NCBI RefSeq assembly: GCF_030684315.1
Contig: NC_081366.1
Location: 29,240,078-29,304,077 of the forward strand
Length of the DNA: 64,000 nt
From: Stegostoma tigrinum
Lineage: Eukaryota
Direction of reading: 5' to 3'
In this document: piece after piece, positions 63,205 to 64,000 of the stretch
Numbering within the stretch: the first letter of the stretch is position 1
Layout of the letters: each line of letters begins with the position of its first letter
Program-made: the position numbers and the translations under genes
Notes under the pieces: generated by a model
Database searches by the model: none
The model's input: the letters and a program-made list of their open reading frames with translations, nothing else
Told to the model about the DNA's origin: nothing

Positions 63205-63790
63205 GAGAACTGAAATAATTACAGAAAATGCTGAAATCTCTCAGCTGCTGAAGCAGCATCTGTAGAAATGATTTTTGAGGTGATGGTCTTTTATCAGACA
63301 GGAAGAAACTATTGGTAAATAACTCCTAACTATACAGAGAGCAAGGGAAACGGGAAAAAGGGCAGGTATGAGGGAGGGAATGATTAAATAACAAGTGATG
63401 ATGATAATAATAATGATGACAGTGCAAAACAAATGGGAGATGTAAATGGGAGTTGTATTGAAAGAAAAGATTTGCTCAGAGAAGATATACTACTTGTAAT
63501 AAAATAGTAGAGTGGAAGGAAAACATGTAAAATTAACAAAGAGAAGAACATGTCTGTGGGTCTGGATGTGATATAAGGAAAGTTGGTAGAACCCAAGTGC
63601 ATCTTCGCTGCAGGCTGTGTATTTGTAGAGGCTCCCTATCCAAAAAGCCAGTTCATTCCTCTTCCTCTCACTGCCTCTGATGCAACTTTTTTTTTCAGAA
63701 AATTGGACAGGAGGTTCAAGTCTGAAGTAATTATGTTGATTGTTAAAATAGAAGGCTGAAGAGTGCTCTACAATTTTCCACAATCATAAG
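63205..63790 (-). mobile_element. Old Penelope pLTR remnant
   Basis: acagaaaatgctgaaatctctcagc...gcagcatctgtaga...cttttatcag left-arm pattern followed by a purine-rich tract. Confidence 0.5.
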
Positions 63791-64000
63791 TGAATACAAA
63801 ATAAAAGGTGGGATTTAAATTTGACTCATTGTAAAATAGGTTGCATTTGAAGGTTATTGCTGAAGGAGATGCTGATGTTTTTCTGACACAGTAATTGGAC
63901 AATTGTGTTTGCTTTTTTTCACCAATACATTATCATTCTTGCATCACTCGCACTCAATCCTGCCTCCTTGTCATGATCTCTGAAGTAAATTATCAGAGAG

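Noticed and set aside
1-64000. CRISPR arrays, operons, rRNA genes
   Set aside because: No regularly spaced repeat-spacer structure or rRNA-like sequence. The content is eukaryotic and transposon-rich.

Overview
Repeat-dominated eukaryotic genomic DNA. The repeat content (HE1-like and Deu-type tRNA-derived SINEs, dense CR1/L2/Rex1 LINEs, Neptune-type Penelope elements) points to a cartilaginous fish, probably a shark (inference). No host gene could be identified by name. Recognisable protein-coding sequence consists of decayed transposon ORFs: CR1, Tx1, two Gypsy copies, a Gmr1-type Gypsy, Harbinger transposase and Myb-like remnants, and a young Penelope RT/GIY-YIG copy. The most striking signal is a set of at least ten Penelope-derived insertions from at least three subfamilies, most with 13-16 bp target-site duplications. 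They carry minimal hammerhead-ribozyme motifs and are mostly fold-back palindromes in which only one arm has the ~33-45 nt terminal tail. Also notable are a young 85-bp inverted templated insertion inside an old CR1 and a tentative phase-2-compatible exon chain on the minus strand (21574 to 6367). All family assignments come from manual reading and translation, not database searches, and boundaries of old repeats are approximate.
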